Shown here in pieces: positions 1-9,954 of a DNA stretch of 57,381 bases (position 1 is its first letter; the number at the start of each line of letters is the position of its first letter). The stretch is from a virus (taxonomy: Duplodnaviria; Caudoviricetes), in IMG/VR virus record IMGVR_UViG_3300032435_000013, positions 1-57,381 of that record; one strand, written 5' to 3'. Below the pieces are notes generated by a model. That model saw only the letters and a list, made by a program, of their open reading frames with translations, had not been told where the DNA came from and made no database searches. Made by a program: the position numbers and the translations under genes.

Positions 1-1
1 T

Positions 2-565
2 GATAAAGGTATTTTCGGTTATGGTACTACTGGAAGTAATGTTTCAATGACTAATTTAGTTTCAAGTTCAGGTGTGGTGGCTACAGACACAACAGGTGTA
101 GGTACAGCTAGAGAGTCTTTAGCAGCAACAACTTACGGTGGTGACAAAGCTATCTTTGGATATGGTACTACAGGAAGTTTTGTTTCAATGTCTAATCTAG
201 TATCTAATTTAGGTGTAGTGGCTACTGACACGACTGGTGTTGGAGCGGCAAGAGCCTATTTAGCAGCATCTTCTTATGGAACAGACAAGGCTATATTTGG
301 GTATGGTACTACTGGTTCAGTTGTTTCTATAACAAATTTAGTTTCAAATACTGGTGTTGTAGCAGCAAACACAACAGGTGTAGGTACAGCTAGACACGGT
401 ATAGCAGCTGCTGGGTATGGTGGCGACAAAGCCATATTTGGTTATGGTGAAACTTTTTCTATAACAAATTTAGTAAATAATTCTGGAGTAGTTGCTAGTG
501 ATACTACGGGTGTAGGAACTGCTAGGAGAGCATTAGCAGCAGCAGGATATTCAATAAGTGCATAA
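2..565 (+). CDS. Tail fibre/receptor-binding protein, C-terminal part (5'-truncated; continuation of the gene starting at 56556)
   Basis: Frame is open from base 2 (DKGIFGYG...). Four 47-aa repeats DKAIFGYG..VS.TNLVS..GVVA.DTTGVGTAR..LAA..YG, same family as those at the right end. Confidence 0.8.
   Translation, partial: DKGIFGYGTTGSNVSMTNLVSSSGVVATDTTGVGTARESLAATTYGGDKAIFGYGTTGSFVSMSNLVSNLGVVATDTTGVGAARAYLAASSYGTDKAIFGYGTTGSVVSITNLVSNTGVVAANTTGVGTARHGIAAAGYGGDKAIFGYGETFSITNLVNNSGVVASDTTGVGTARRALAAAGYSISA
17..127 (+). repeat. 111-bp perfect repeat, identical to 57255-57365
   Basis: Direct comparison; flanks diverge on both sides. Confidence 0.95.
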
Positions 566-594
566 AATTATTAACAATATGGAAGGAAAATAAA

Positions 595-1200
595 ATGGCA
601 TCAAAACTAAACACAGAATTTAACTACCGATACCAAGTCATAGGAGATACGGCTTGGGAAAAAATAAAAACTTTAAAAGGTTTTTTAGAAGGTAGGGTGA
701 GAGCAGCCGTATTAGAAGAAGTAGGTAATTTAAAATACCAAGCTAAACTAGCAAAACTAAATCGTCTTGAAAAAGAAGCTGGTTTGCAAGAAGATATATT
801 GGAACTAAAAGCTGAAATTATGGAACTAGAAAGCCATCAAGTAGCCGCAGATGAAGCCTTCAAATTAAACAAAGATGAGATTGTCATTCTAAATAAACTG
901 CTAAAAGAACTATTTATCATTGCAGAACCTACAAGAATTGAGGGTTACACAGATGAAGAAATGTTTGAAGCTAATGCTGCAAATGAATTTACTGTCAATA
1001 TAGGTAGAGAAATACAGGCTGAAATGATTGCTAATGGCAGACCATCACCAGCTAAACTAAGAAATGCCATGAGTAACCCCTATACATGGAACGCATTAAA
1101 GAGTATAGGTTTGATTCCTAAAGAAACAAAAATTCTTGAAGGAAATGTGAACCCAACCTTAAAAATAGAACTTACAGGAGTAGAAGATGAAATTATATAA
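595..1200 (+). CDS. Hypothetical coiled-coil protein of the tail-fibre cassette
   Basis: 201-aa ORF with GGAAGGA RBS, directly after the fibre gene. Confidence 0.75.
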   Translation: MASKLNTEFNYRYQVIGDTAWEKIKTLKGFLEGRVRAAVLEEVGNLKYQAKLAKLNRLEKEAGLQEDILELKAEIMELESHQVAADEAFKLNKDEIVILNKLLKELFIIAEPTRIEGYTDEEMFEANAANEFTVNIGREIQAEMIANGRPSPAKLRNAMSNPYTWNALKSIGLIPKETKILEGNVNPTLKIELTGVEDEII

Positions 1201-1546
1201 AATAGAATCAAGTAACTGGGAAACCTTTTTTGGAACAATGGAAAACCCTATTCAAAGAGATGTTACGATTATAGCACAAACACCAAGTAATGATGCCTTC
1301 TTGTTATTAGCTAAAGATACGCAAGAGGGGTTAGAATTGTTAAACACAGTACCAACAGGATTTGATTTTACTTATTGTCAAGCATGGGGTCTAACTATTA
1401 ATGATGCTGTAGTTGCTAGAACAATTTTAGACATGAGAAGAAAAGCATATGGTACTTGGGAATCTCAACTAGAAAAAATTCACGATGATGGAATTGATAG
1501 CTGGAAATTAGACCAAGCAGCAGTTAAAGCTAAATTCCCTAAATAA
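1187..1546 (+). CDS. Tail-fibre assembly/chaperone-like protein
   Basis: C-terminal R..AY..W..QL..I.DDGID.WK....AVKAKFPK motif typical of fibre-associated small proteins. Confidence 0.6.
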   Translation: MKLYKIESSNWETFFGTMENPIQRDVTIIAQTPSNDAFLLLAKDTQEGLELLNTVPTGFDFTYCQAWGLTINDAVVARTILDMRRKAYGTWESQLEKIHDDGIDSWKLDQAAVKAKFPK

Positions 1547-1547
1547 T

Positions 1548-1922
1548 TATTTACAATTACAATCTACTAATGCAGTAGCAACTAATATAGGATATTATTC
1601 TTCTGCACCATCTACTACTGTAATAAATATTGGTGCTAGTGGTTATGTAAATGAACCATCAGAAGATTTTATAGCTTACTGCTTCGCAGAAAAACAAGGC
1701 TACTCAAAATTTGGTTCTTACACAGGGAATGGAAATGCTGATGGAACATTTGTTTATACAGGATTTAAACCAGCTTGGATTGTGATAAAAAGGTCAAGCA
1801 GTTCAGGAACAGATTGTGGTCAAGTATTTTTACATTACAACAATAAGGCTACCAAAGGATCTGAAGACAATAAGTTTGATAAAAGAGCTCATTTAGGCCT
1901 TCCATCTTGGTTTAAAAAGTAA
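1548..1922 (+). pseudogene. Start-less chimeric relic: internal fragment of a former tail-fibre gene fused in frame to the C-terminus of a 2OG-Fe(II) oxygenase-like gene
   Basis: Manual translation: ...FIAYCFAEKQGYSKFGSYTGNGNADGTFVYTGFKPAWIVIKRSSSSGTD | CGQVFLHYNNK...FDKRAHLGLPSWFKK*. No ATG in the segment. Confidence 0.75.
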
Positions 1923-1936
1923 TATAATAAATTAAG

Positions 1937-1972
1937 CAAGAGGAACCACACTTCACCCCACCGTTCCTCTTG
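1937..1972 (+). terminator. Stem-loop after the tail-fibre cassette
   Basis: CAAGAGGAAC...GTTCCTCTTG 10-bp inverted repeat. Confidence 0.5.
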
Positions 1973-2011
1973 TGTCTATACTTACATTATATACTTTGAT
2001 AAAATGTCTTT

Positions 2012-3931
2012 ATGGCATTAACAAAAGTTCCATTTCAAGCAGGCTTTAATAAACAAATAACCAACACCCAAGCAGAAAATGTATGGGTAGATGGAGATAA
2101 CGTACGCTTTCGTTATGGTCAACCTGAAAAAATAGGTGGATGGTTACAGATAGAACAATATAGTATGATAGGAGCAGCTCGTGCTCAACATACGTTTGCT
2201 GATTTAGATGGTAGAAAATATGCCGCTATAGGAACTAATCGCTGTCTATATGTTTATTACGCAGGTGATTTTTATGACATTACCCCTATTGATCCAGATA
2301 GACAACAAACAGGCGCAGACATTACTACTACCAATGGTTCTACTACTGTCACCATTACAACAACAACTAATCATCTATTAGAAATTGGTGATATTATTAC
2401 TTTTGAAAATGCTGGTTCTTTTACTGGAGCAACTAATTATACTGCTGTTAATTTTGACGACATTTTATTTGAAGTAAAAACTATACCCACTACTGCTACT
2501 TTTACTATTACCATGCCTACCGCTGAAACAGGATCGGGAGGAACCAATGATGGTACGCTAGATGTATTACCTTATATTGCTATTGGTCCCTTACTACAAA
2601 CACCCGCTTATGGATGGGGTGCAGGTCGCTGGGGCTCTTCTACTTGGGGTACACCACGAACTACTGCAAACGCCCTATTAGATCCAGGGCTGTGGTCTTT
2701 AGATAACTTTGGTCAAATTTTAATCGCTACTGTGCATAATGGAAAATCTTTTCAATGGACTCCTATTGCAGGAAATGCAAGTGCCTTAGTAACTAGGGCT
2801 GCTATTATAGCGGGTTGTCCTACTGTATCGTATATGTCTATTGTATCCGATAGAGATAGGCATTTAGTACTATTAGGTACGGAGACCATTATAGGAGACC
2901 CTACTACTCAAGATAAGATGTTTATTAGGTTCTCGGATCAAGAAGATATTAATGTATATGCACCTACCTCTGTAAATACAGCGGGAACTTTTAGAATTGA
3001 TTCTGGAACAGAGATAAGATGTGCTTCTAAAGGTAAAGATTATACCTTTATCGCAACAGATTCAGCAGCTTATATTATGCAGTTTATTGGGACACCTTTT
3101 ACGTTTTCTATTAGACAGGTCGGTTCCAACTGTGGAAGCATTGGCCAAAATGCAGCAGTGTTTGTAGATACCAATGTGTATTGGATGAGCGATGAAGGTG
3201 GATTCTTCTTGTATGATGGATCCGTTAAAAAATTACCCTGCTTGGTGGAAGACTTTGTGTTTAAAACATTAAACGGTTCTCCTGGTCTTAATTATAATGC
3301 GGGACAACAAGTGTACTCTGCACACAATAGTTTATTTTCGGAAATTATATGGTTTTACCCAAGTGCTGGTTCTAATTTTGTAGATAGAATGGTTTGTTAT
3401 AATTATCAAAGTAGTGTGTGGACTACAGGAACTTTAGCTAGAACTTCTTATACCGATAAGGTGATTTTTGATAGACCTTTTGCAACTAAATTTACAAATA
3501 ACACTACTCCTACTTATCCTGTGGTGAATGGTATTAGTGTATCTCAAGGAGCAAGTATTTATTACGCACAAGAAACGGGAGTTAATGAAGTAGACTACAA
3601 TGGCAATGCTACTGCTATTCCAGCTTATATTGAATCGGGAGATTTTGATTTAGACGTAGATGGTAATGGTGGGGAATACTTTATTAAAATGAGAAGGTTT
3701 ATTCCAGATTTTAAAATATTAGACGGTAATGCAAAAATAACATTAAGCTTAAGAGATTACCCTTCTAATACAGCCTTGCCTACAACCTTTACTATTAACT
3801 CTAGTACCACTAAAGTAGACACGAGAATAAGAGCTAGACTTGCTGCACTTAAAGTAGAAAATACAGCAGTAGATGAAAACTGGCGATTAGGGTTGTTTAG
3901 ATTTGATTTTCAACCAGATGGTAGAAGATAA
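2012..3931 (+). CDS. Tail hub / DNA stabilisation protein (P22 gp10 / tail tubular B-like beta-propeller)
   Basis: 639 aa; DNVRFR..PEKIGGW, IRFSDQED and QPDGRR motifs typical of this podovirus group. Confidence 0.7.
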   Translation: MALTKVPFQAGFNKQITNTQAENVWVDGDNVRFRYGQPEKIGGWLQIEQYSMIGAARAQHTFADLDGRKYAAIGTNRCLYVYYAGDFYDITPIDPDRQQTGADITTTNGSTTVTITTTTNHLLEIGDIITFENAGSFTGATNYTAVNFDDILFEVKTIPTTATFTITMPTAETGSGGTNDGTLDVLPYIAIGPLLQTPAYGWGAGRWGSSTWGTPRTTANALLDPGLWSLDNFGQILIATVHNGKSFQWTPIAGNASALVTRAAIIAGCPTVSYMSIVSDRDRHLVLLGTETIIGDPTTQDKMFIRFSDQEDINVYAPTSVNTAGTFRIDSGTEIRCASKGKDYTFIATDSAAYIMQFIGTPFTFSIRQVGSNCGSIGQNAAVFVDTNVYWMSDEGGFFLYDGSVKKLPCLVEDFVFKTLNGSPGLNYNAGQQVYSAHNSLFSEIIWFYPSAGSNFVDRMVCYNYQSSVWTTGTLARTSYTDKVIFDRPFATKFTNNTTPTYPVVNGISVSQGASIYYAQETGVNEVDYNGNATAIPAYIESGDFDLDVDGNGGEYFIKMRRFIPDFKILDGNAKITLSLRDYPSNTALPTTFTINSSTTKVDTRIRARLAALKVENTAVDENWRLGLFRFDFQPDGRR

Positions 3932-4107
3932 TGGCAAAAATTACAGCATATATACCAGAGCCTAAAAATGATTATCAAGTAGAAAACCAACGTCAGATTG
4001 TAGCTGCTTTAGATACTATGAAAAATCAATTGAATTTTTCTTTTCAAGAAGAACTAAAACAAGAACTAGAACGATACACTTGGTTTAGTTTAAGGATTAA
4101 TAGCTAA
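3931..4107 (+). CDS. Small virion-module protein (58 aa, MAKITAYIPEP...)
   Basis: Manual translation; TAATG-coupled at both ends. Confidence 0.75.
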   Translation: MAKITAYIPEPKNDYQVENQRQIVAALDTMKNQLNFSFQEELKQELERYTWFSLRINS

Positions 4108-4445
4108 TGGCAAATTTTTATAAAAACGCATTTTATGCTCCTACCACGACAGCAGCAGTAACTGTATATAGCTGTCCAGCTAACTCAAGAGCTATTATTC
4201 AAAATATACAATTAACCAGTGAATCAGGATCTAAGATTGTTAAAGCTTCTATTTATGACTATTCTGTAACTACCGTATTTCAAATTGCTTACGCTTCTAT
4301 AACAGGAGATATTATTTCCAATCTTGCAAAAGGACCCATTATATTACAAGAGAGTGATACTTTACGATTAGAGTCTAACACAACTACCGCAGTGTCTGCA
4401 GTGATATCTATTTTAGAAATGAACAGATCGGATCAAAATGGTTAA
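4107..4445 (+). CDS. Small beta-sandwich structural protein (similar to 56212..56541)
   Basis: T.VYSCP...AIIQNI...IILQESDTL pattern. Confidence 0.65.
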   Translation: MANFYKNAFYAPTTTAAVTVYSCPANSRAIIQNIQLTSESGSKIVKASIYDYSVTTVFQIAYASITGDIISNLAKGPIILQESDTLRLESNTTTAVSAVISILEMNRSDQNG

Positions 4446-4569
4446 AAAAGCTAAAGGGTTTGGAGCTAATACTCATTCTAAATCTAATAAAAGAAAACGT
4501 CCTGGAAGGCATTCCAAAACACACGCTGGTAAAAAGAAGTCTGGACGTGGGCAGGGATTTCCTATATAA
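4438..4569 (+). CDS. Small highly basic peptide (43 aa, MVKKAKGFG...RKRPGRHSK...GRGQG)
   Basis: Manual translation; overlaps the upstream stop. Confidence 0.6.
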   Translation: MVKKAKGFGANTHSKSNKRKRPGRHSKTHAGKKKSGRGQGFPI

Positions 4570-4579
4570 GAATATTTAT

Positions 4580-4831
4580 ATGACTGATGATTTAAAAATA
4601 GAAGACCAATATATAAAAGGGTACCAAACCATTGATGGTAAACAAGTACCTGTTATTAAATGTCCAACAACAATAACTGTTAGAAATAAAACTACAGGGG
4701 CTGTGTATGCATCCGAAGAAGAAGCATTAGCAGATGTAGCTAATCCTGACACTACTACGAAACAAGAGGACATCGCTAAAGATGTTGCTGTTACAGTTGC
4801 ACATTTAAGTTTATTTGGCGAAACCAGGTAA
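4580..4831 (+). CDS. Hypothetical protein (start corrected to MTDDLKIE)
   Basis: ATG at 4580; the upstream extension in the ORF track overlaps the basic peptide. Confidence 0.7.
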   Translation: MTDDLKIEDQYIKGYQTIDGKQVPVIKCPTTITVRNKTTGAVYASEEEALADVANPDTTTKQEDIAKDVAVTVAHLSLFGETR

Positions 4832-4834
4832 AGT

Positions 4835-5767
4835 ATGGAACCTAGAGGCGGCACGGAACTCCAGTTCGAGTTCATGCGTAAACGGGTTGATGCTAAGTTA
4901 TTAGATAACTTTCAAATCTGTACATCTATTCCTGGTAAAGTTCCATTAGATCCAAAGAAGATTAATATTCTTTGGCAAAAGAATTCCTACGACCAACCTA
5001 ACTTACAAGAGTTCTTTGGTAATCCAGAACGACATAAAGAATACGATTGGTATGTATTTAACTCTCATTGGAATTACGAAAAGTTTAGATACTATTTTAA
5101 GATCCCAGAAGAACGATGCATGGTTATTAAAAACGGCTGTACTAGTTTTCCAACCTTTAAACCTTATCAAAAAGGTGACCCCATTAAATTAATTTATCAC
5201 CCTACTCCATGGAGAGGCTTGAACGTGATTCTTGCTGCGATGCAATTGATCAAAGACCCCCTGATCACGTTAGATGTGTATAGTAGCTGTGATGTGTATG
5301 GCTCTGCTTTTAAGAAAGCAAATGATCATCAATATACAGAGTTATATCAACAAGCAAAAGAATTAAAGAATGTACATTATATCGGTTATAAACCCAATGA
5401 ATATATATTAGAGCATATGCAAGATTACCAAATATTTGCATACCCTAATATCTGGGAAGAAACATTTTGTATCTCGGCACTAGAAGCCATGGCAGCGGGT
5501 CTACATGTGGTGACCACGAATCACGGGGCTTTATATGAAACTTGTTCTGAGTGGCCTGTGTATGTTAATTATGTACAAGACTACAAATCCCTTGCGCAAT
5601 CTTTTGCCTATGCTATAGAATCAGCAGCAGCTTATTTACATGAAACCCATATCCAAAAGCACCTACAAGAACAACAAAAATTTTATCAACGATTTTATAA
5701 TTGGGATAAGAAAGCCCATGAATGGACTGGCTTCCTTACAGGTGCTTTAGATGCAAGACGCAAGTAA
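4835..5767 (+). CDS. Glycosyltransferase, GT4 / GT-B fold
   Basis: PRGGTE N-terminus; EETFCISALEAMAAG (EX7E) motif. Confidence 0.9.
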   Translation: MEPRGGTELQFEFMRKRVDAKLLDNFQICTSIPGKVPLDPKKINILWQKNSYDQPNLQEFFGNPERHKEYDWYVFNSHWNYEKFRYYFKIPEERCMVIKNGCTSFPTFKPYQKGDPIKLIYHPTPWRGLNVILAAMQLIKDPLITLDVYSSCDVYGSAFKKANDHQYTELYQQAKELKNVHYIGYKPNEYILEHMQDYQIFAYPNIWEETFCISALEAMAAGLHVVTTNHGALYETCSEWPVYVNYVQDYKSLAQSFAYAIESAAAYLHETHIQKHLQEQQKFYQRFYNWDKKAHEWTGFLTGALDARRK

Positions 5768-6551
5768 ACCCATTTGGTTCCATAAAGAAAAAAACAAATC
5801 TGATTTTTCTATCTTAGTTTCTACCCCTGTTCACTCAGAAGTATCTATTCATTACACACAATCTTTATTAGAATTTCAAAAGAAGTGCTTTGCAAATAAC
5901 ATTCCTGTTGCTTTTCAATTAATGAAATCTTCGTTAGTAACGCAGGGAAGAAACTTATGCGTGGCTGGATTTTTAGATACGGATTTAACTCATATGCTAT
6001 TTATTGATTCTGACATTGATTTTAATTTTGATTCTATTATTAAAATGATTAAAGCAGATAAAGAAGTTATCTCTATTCCTTATCCATTAAAGACATTTAA
6101 TTCTGAGAAAGTATTTGCTATGATGAAAGATGGTAAGATTAAAGATCATACCGATATACAAAAGAACGCATTGATGTATCCTTTAAAATTACCTAATCCA
6201 GATGATATTCAAATGAACCAAGGTATTGTAGAAGTGACTCATGCACCTACAGGGTCTATGCTTATTAAACGTTCTGTATTTGACAAGATGATTAAAGCAT
6301 ACCCAGAGATGGTAATTAAACAAGGTTCTATTATTAATGGTAAGTTAGTAGATAAACCAAATATGTGGAACTTTTTTGATACTTGGTTTGATAAAGAAAC
6401 ACATACCTACTTAGGTGAAGATTTTGCCTTCTGTAAGAGATGGACAGATATAGGCGGCAAATGCTATGCTCTAGCCTCTGATTACATTACACACATAGGA
6501 GAATACTCTTACCGTGGAAGATTACAGGATGAGTTCATTGAAACGCCGTGA
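5751..6551 (+). CDS. Glycosyltransferase, GT-A/GT2-like
   Basis: SSLVTQGRN, FIDSDI (DxD), GEDFAFC and HIG motifs. Confidence 0.85.
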   Translation: MQDASKPIWFHKEKNKSDFSILVSTPVHSEVSIHYTQSLLEFQKKCFANNIPVAFQLMKSSLVTQGRNLCVAGFLDTDLTHMLFIDSDIDFNFDSIIKMIKADKEVISIPYPLKTFNSEKVFAMMKDGKIKDHTDIQKNALMYPLKLPNPDDIQMNQGIVEVTHAPTGSMLIKRSVFDKMIKAYPEMVIKQGSIINGKLVDKPNMWNFFDTWFDKETHTYLGEDFAFCKRWTDIGGKCYALASDYITHIGEYSYRGRLQDEFIETP

Positions 6552-6613
6552 TATTGATATCTGGCGCTATACAAGCTAAAATAACATAATTAACTAGTTA
6601 TATAAATTTAATT

Positions 6614-7648
6614 ATGGATCCATTCACAATTGCACTAGCTACTTTTGGTGTACAGAAATTACGAGGAAAATCTACAGGAAGATCATTACGGGATGCCGCA
6701 ATGGCAGCAGGTATTAGTTATGGTATTGGACAATTTGCAGGAGGAGCAGGTCTTGGTATTGGACAGGGTACTGCATTTAGTAGTTTAGGCTATGGGACAG
6801 CTGCAGCAGGAACTGCAGAAGCAGCAGCGGCAGCGCAAGCAGCGGCAGCGCAAGGAGGCATTCAAGGATTGAGTGCTGCTGGTACGGGATCTCAATTTGC
6901 AGGGGGGAGTATATTAGACCCAGTAAGTGTAGCTAATCCTGGAAGTTTTTTAACTAATTATTCGGCAATACCTACAACAGCAGAACCAAATTGGTTTATG
7001 AAAAACATAGTGGGTACACCAGATATTAAAGATGTTGCTGGAAAAGTTACAAAAGAAGGATCAGGATTTTTAGGATTAAGCACAGGAGCAAAACTTGGAA
7101 TAGGTGCTGCAGGATTAACTGCCTCAACTGCTTTAATACCAGAAGAAGAAGCGAAACCACTTATAACTGAAGAAGAAAGAGCAGCAGCGCAAGCAGCGGC
7201 TGATGCACAAATAAGCGGACTTACTTCTAAAAGAGGAGCTATGCCTACTTATAGTGGTTCTCCTTATGATTATTCTTCTAATTACTATAGATTTAATCAA
7301 GGTGGAATTGTAGACGCTTTACCAAAATTTAATATGGGTGGAATTAATTACATGCCCTCTAAACAAACTCATGATGAGAACGATGTTCATAATTATATAC
7401 GTGCTGAAGGTTATGTAGAAGACGGCTCTGGTAATGGAGATAAAGACGAAGACACTATTTTAGCTCAACTTGCAGACGGAGAATTTGTATCAAGAGCAGA
7501 TTCAATTTTAGGTGCAGGTATTATGGAGGGGGCTTCTCCTTCTAGTATGAAAGATATGAGAAAAAAAGGAGCAGCATTTTTTTATGATCAACAATCTAAA
7601 TTTAAAAGAGTATACGATTTATTAAATGCAAGCAGAAAAGATAATTAA
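6614..7648 (+). CDS. Internal virion / DNA ejection protein
   Basis: Gly/Ala-rich hydrophobic N-terminus; G.G..DED.I.AQLADGEFV motif. Confidence 0.6.
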   Translation: MDPFTIALATFGVQKLRGKSTGRSLRDAAMAAGISYGIGQFAGGAGLGIGQGTAFSSLGYGTAAAGTAEAAAAAQAAAAQGGIQGLSAAGTGSQFAGGSILDPVSVANPGSFLTNYSAIPTTAEPNWFMKNIVGTPDIKDVAGKVTKEGSGFLGLSTGAKLGIGAAGLTASTALIPEEEAKPLITEEERAAAQAAADAQISGLTSKRGAMPTYSGSPYDYSSNYYRFNQGGIVDALPKFNMGGINYMPSKQTHDENDVHNYIRAEGYVEDGSGNGDKDEDTILAQLADGEFVSRADSILGAGIMEGASPSSMKDMRKKGAAFFYDQQSKFKRVYDLLNASRKDN

Positions 7649-8084
7649 CAAAGGCGTAGAGGTTATCCCTGTTTCTCCTAATCAAGTAGAAGAAATATGG
7701 GGTTTAGTACATTTTATGATTGCGGAGTCTATTCAATACAGTGGGAACTATGCTAATGCTAATGATATTAAAGAATTGTTATTAACTGGAGAAAATCAAT
7801 TGTTTTTAATTTTTGGTTCTGAAGATGGAGTGGATAATAAAGTGTTTGGCTTATGTACTACTAGAATATTTAATAATCCTAATTTTGCAGAACTACAAGG
7901 ACTGATTTGTACTGGAAAGAAAATGGAATTATGGGAAGAAAAACTAGTGCATACATTAGAAACTTTTGCTAAATTAAATGGCTGTAAACGAATCACAGCT
8001 TTGATGAGACCAGGATATAAAAAAGTAATGCCCAAATATGGCTATAAAATAAAACACGTTCAATTTGAAAAGGAATTACACTAA
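7626..8084 (+). CDS. GNAT-fold protein of the ejection module
   Basis: FAK.NGC.RI...MRPGY motif; position among ejection genes. Confidence 0.55.
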   Translation: MQAEKIINKGVEVIPVSPNQVEEIWGLVHFMIAESIQYSGNYANANDIKELLLTGENQLFLIFGSEDGVDNKVFGLCTTRIFNNPNFAELQGLICTGKKMELWEEKLVHTLETFAKLNGCKRITALMRPGYKKVMPKYGYKIKHVQFEKELH

Positions 8085-8935
8085 TGAGTATATTTGGAGG
8101 CGGCGGTAGCGGCGGTGGAGGCGGCGGATCTAGTTCTGGTACACAAGAACAAATCGCTAGAGAAGCACCAGGGGTAGAAAGTAGAAAGCTTGCCTTATAC
8201 GATGAGGCGGTTAAACTAGCACAACAACCTATTACTCTTCCACAGTATCAAGTTGCAGCACCTACTCAATTACAACAAAACGCATTTACCGCAGCTGGTC
8301 AAACTGGCCTAGGACAAGGTGCCGTAAACCAAGGTATCGCATCCCTACAAGCGGGAGCAGCTCCTATTGGCGCAGCAGATATTTCAAGATATTTTAATCC
8401 GTATCAATCGTATGTTACTGACGAGATTTCTAGACAAGGTCAAATGCAACAAAACCAATTAGCAGGACAAGCTGTACAAGCAGGCGCTTTTGGTGGCGGT
8501 AGAGAAGGTGTACAACAAGCAGAAATACAAAGAGCGACTCAACAAAATATTGGACAATCTCAAGCTCAAGGTTTTACAAACGCAGCTCAATTAGCATCAC
8601 AACAACAGCAAGCACAAATGGCTGGCGGACAAGCTTTACTTGGAGCAGGGGCACAACAACAAGCAATGCAACAAGGTGATATCCAAAGCATGATCCAAGC
8701 GGGTGGTATCCAACAACAGTTAGGACAACAAGCACTGGATGCTTCAAGACAATCTCAATTACAACAAGCGTATGAACCTTATCAAAGAACTGAATTCTTA
8801 AAAGGTATCATGACTAATTTACCAACAACACAGAGCTCCATTACAGCAACCACGGCTCCAGGAACTAATCCACTGTCACAAGCGGCAGGCGCTGGTTTGG
8901 GTGCGTATGCGGCCTATAACATAGCGAATAAATAA
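8084..8935 (+). CDS. DNA ejection/pilot protein (Gln/Gly-rich)
   Basis: FNPYQ..V, AGAFGGGR motifs; C-terminal hydrophobic AGAGLGAY. Confidence 0.65.
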   Translation: MSIFGGGGSGGGGGGSSSGTQEQIAREAPGVESRKLALYDEAVKLAQQPITLPQYQVAAPTQLQQNAFTAAGQTGLGQGAVNQGIASLQAGAAPIGAADISRYFNPYQSYVTDEISRQGQMQQNQLAGQAVQAGAFGGGREGVQQAEIQRATQQNIGQSQAQGFTNAAQLASQQQQAQMAGGQALLGAGAQQQAMQQGDIQSMIQAGGIQQQLGQQALDASRQSQLQQAYEPYQRTEFLKGIMTNLPTTQSSITATTAPGTNPLSQAAGAGLGAYAAYNIANK

Positions 8936-9954
8936 TGGATGAAGTATTAAATAGAAATTTATTTAAACAACGTTACGTAGAACTGCATCAGCTAAGGCAT
9001 TCTACAAGCGGTGGACTTCTGTCACTTCAAAAATTTCAAACAGGTGGAGAAGTATTTACTGAAAAAGAAAAATTAGGGTATTTGTTAATGCCTGTAGCTT
9101 CAGCATTGCTACAAGGAAAAGACACCAGTAGCAATAGATTTAAATCCTTACTAGGTTCTGTAGGAGAAGGGTTAACAAAAGTTCCAGAAACTGCATTGCA
9201 AATTAAAAAATTAGAAGTAGCTGGAGCAAAGAAAAAGGGAACTTCTTTACTTCCACTTTCACCAAAATTAATTCAAGATTTAGGTATTCAAGATGCTGTA
9301 AGTCTAGGAGATAGAGGGTTTGTAGAAGTAGAATTAATGGGGGGAAAAATGGTATTAGCTAAACCACCTACTATTACTTCTAAGGAATCAGATAGATTAA
9401 AAGATGTTCGAGATTCTGTAGTAAAATCAAAAGCAGCAGGTAGTTTAAGTTCATTAGGATTAGCAGAAGATAAAGTAGACGAATTATTATCAAAAACAGG
9501 TAATATTACTGGATTTGGTACTGGGGCTTTCTTACCTGATATATTAGTAGGGGCACAAGGAAGAGAAGTTAGACAATTAATACAAACATTAACTAACATT
9601 ACTTTAAAAGATAGATCAGGAGCTGCGGTAACTACACCTGAATTTGAAAGATTGAAAAAAGAATTAGGAACTTCTCTTGGAAAAACAGACCAGGATTTAA
9701 TAAAAGGTTTAATAAATTTTAGAAAACAATTAACTTCTGTTGTAGGTAGTGCGTTGGGTGGTATGGACGAACAAGATTTAAATAGATATTTTGAAACTGG
9801 TGGTGCTGATATTAAACCAAGAACATCTCCTTTAGAAAAGTATTTACCTGGAGCGAAAAAACAAGCACAGCCACAACCAGAAGTTAAAATAAATTATGCA
9901 AAGGGTGCGCCTATGTATAAATTTACTAACAACGGACTACAGAAAGTACAATAA
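8935..9954 (+). CDS. Putative internal virion protein
   Basis: Coupled ORF in the ejection operon; RSGAAVT..EFERL motif. Confidence 0.6.
   Translation: MDEVLNRNLFKQRYVELHQLRHSTSGGLLSLQKFQTGGEVFTEKEKLGYLLMPVASALLQGKDTSSNRFKSLLGSVGEGLTKVPETALQIKKLEVAGAKKKGTSLLPLSPKLIQDLGIQDAVSLGDRGFVEVELMGGKMVLAKPPTITSKESDRLKDVRDSVVKSKAAGSLSSLGLAEDKVDELLSKTGNITGFGTGAFLPDILVGAQGREVRQLIQTLTNITLKDRSGAAVTTPEFERLKKELGTSLGKTDQDLIKGLINFRKQLTSVVGSALGGMDEQDLNRYFETGGADIKPRTSPLEKYLPGAKKQAQPQPEVKINYAKGAPMYKFTNNGLQKVQ

Noticed and set aside
17-127. Direct terminal repeat / clean circular overlap with 57255-57365
   Set aside because: The identity is internal, with divergent flanks on both sides, and lies within a tandem-repeat gene. 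It explains the assembly break but is not a physical DTR.
2-565. Diversity-generating retroelement acting on the tail fibre
   Set aside because: No reverse transcriptase ORF is present, and repeat differences are not adenine-specific.
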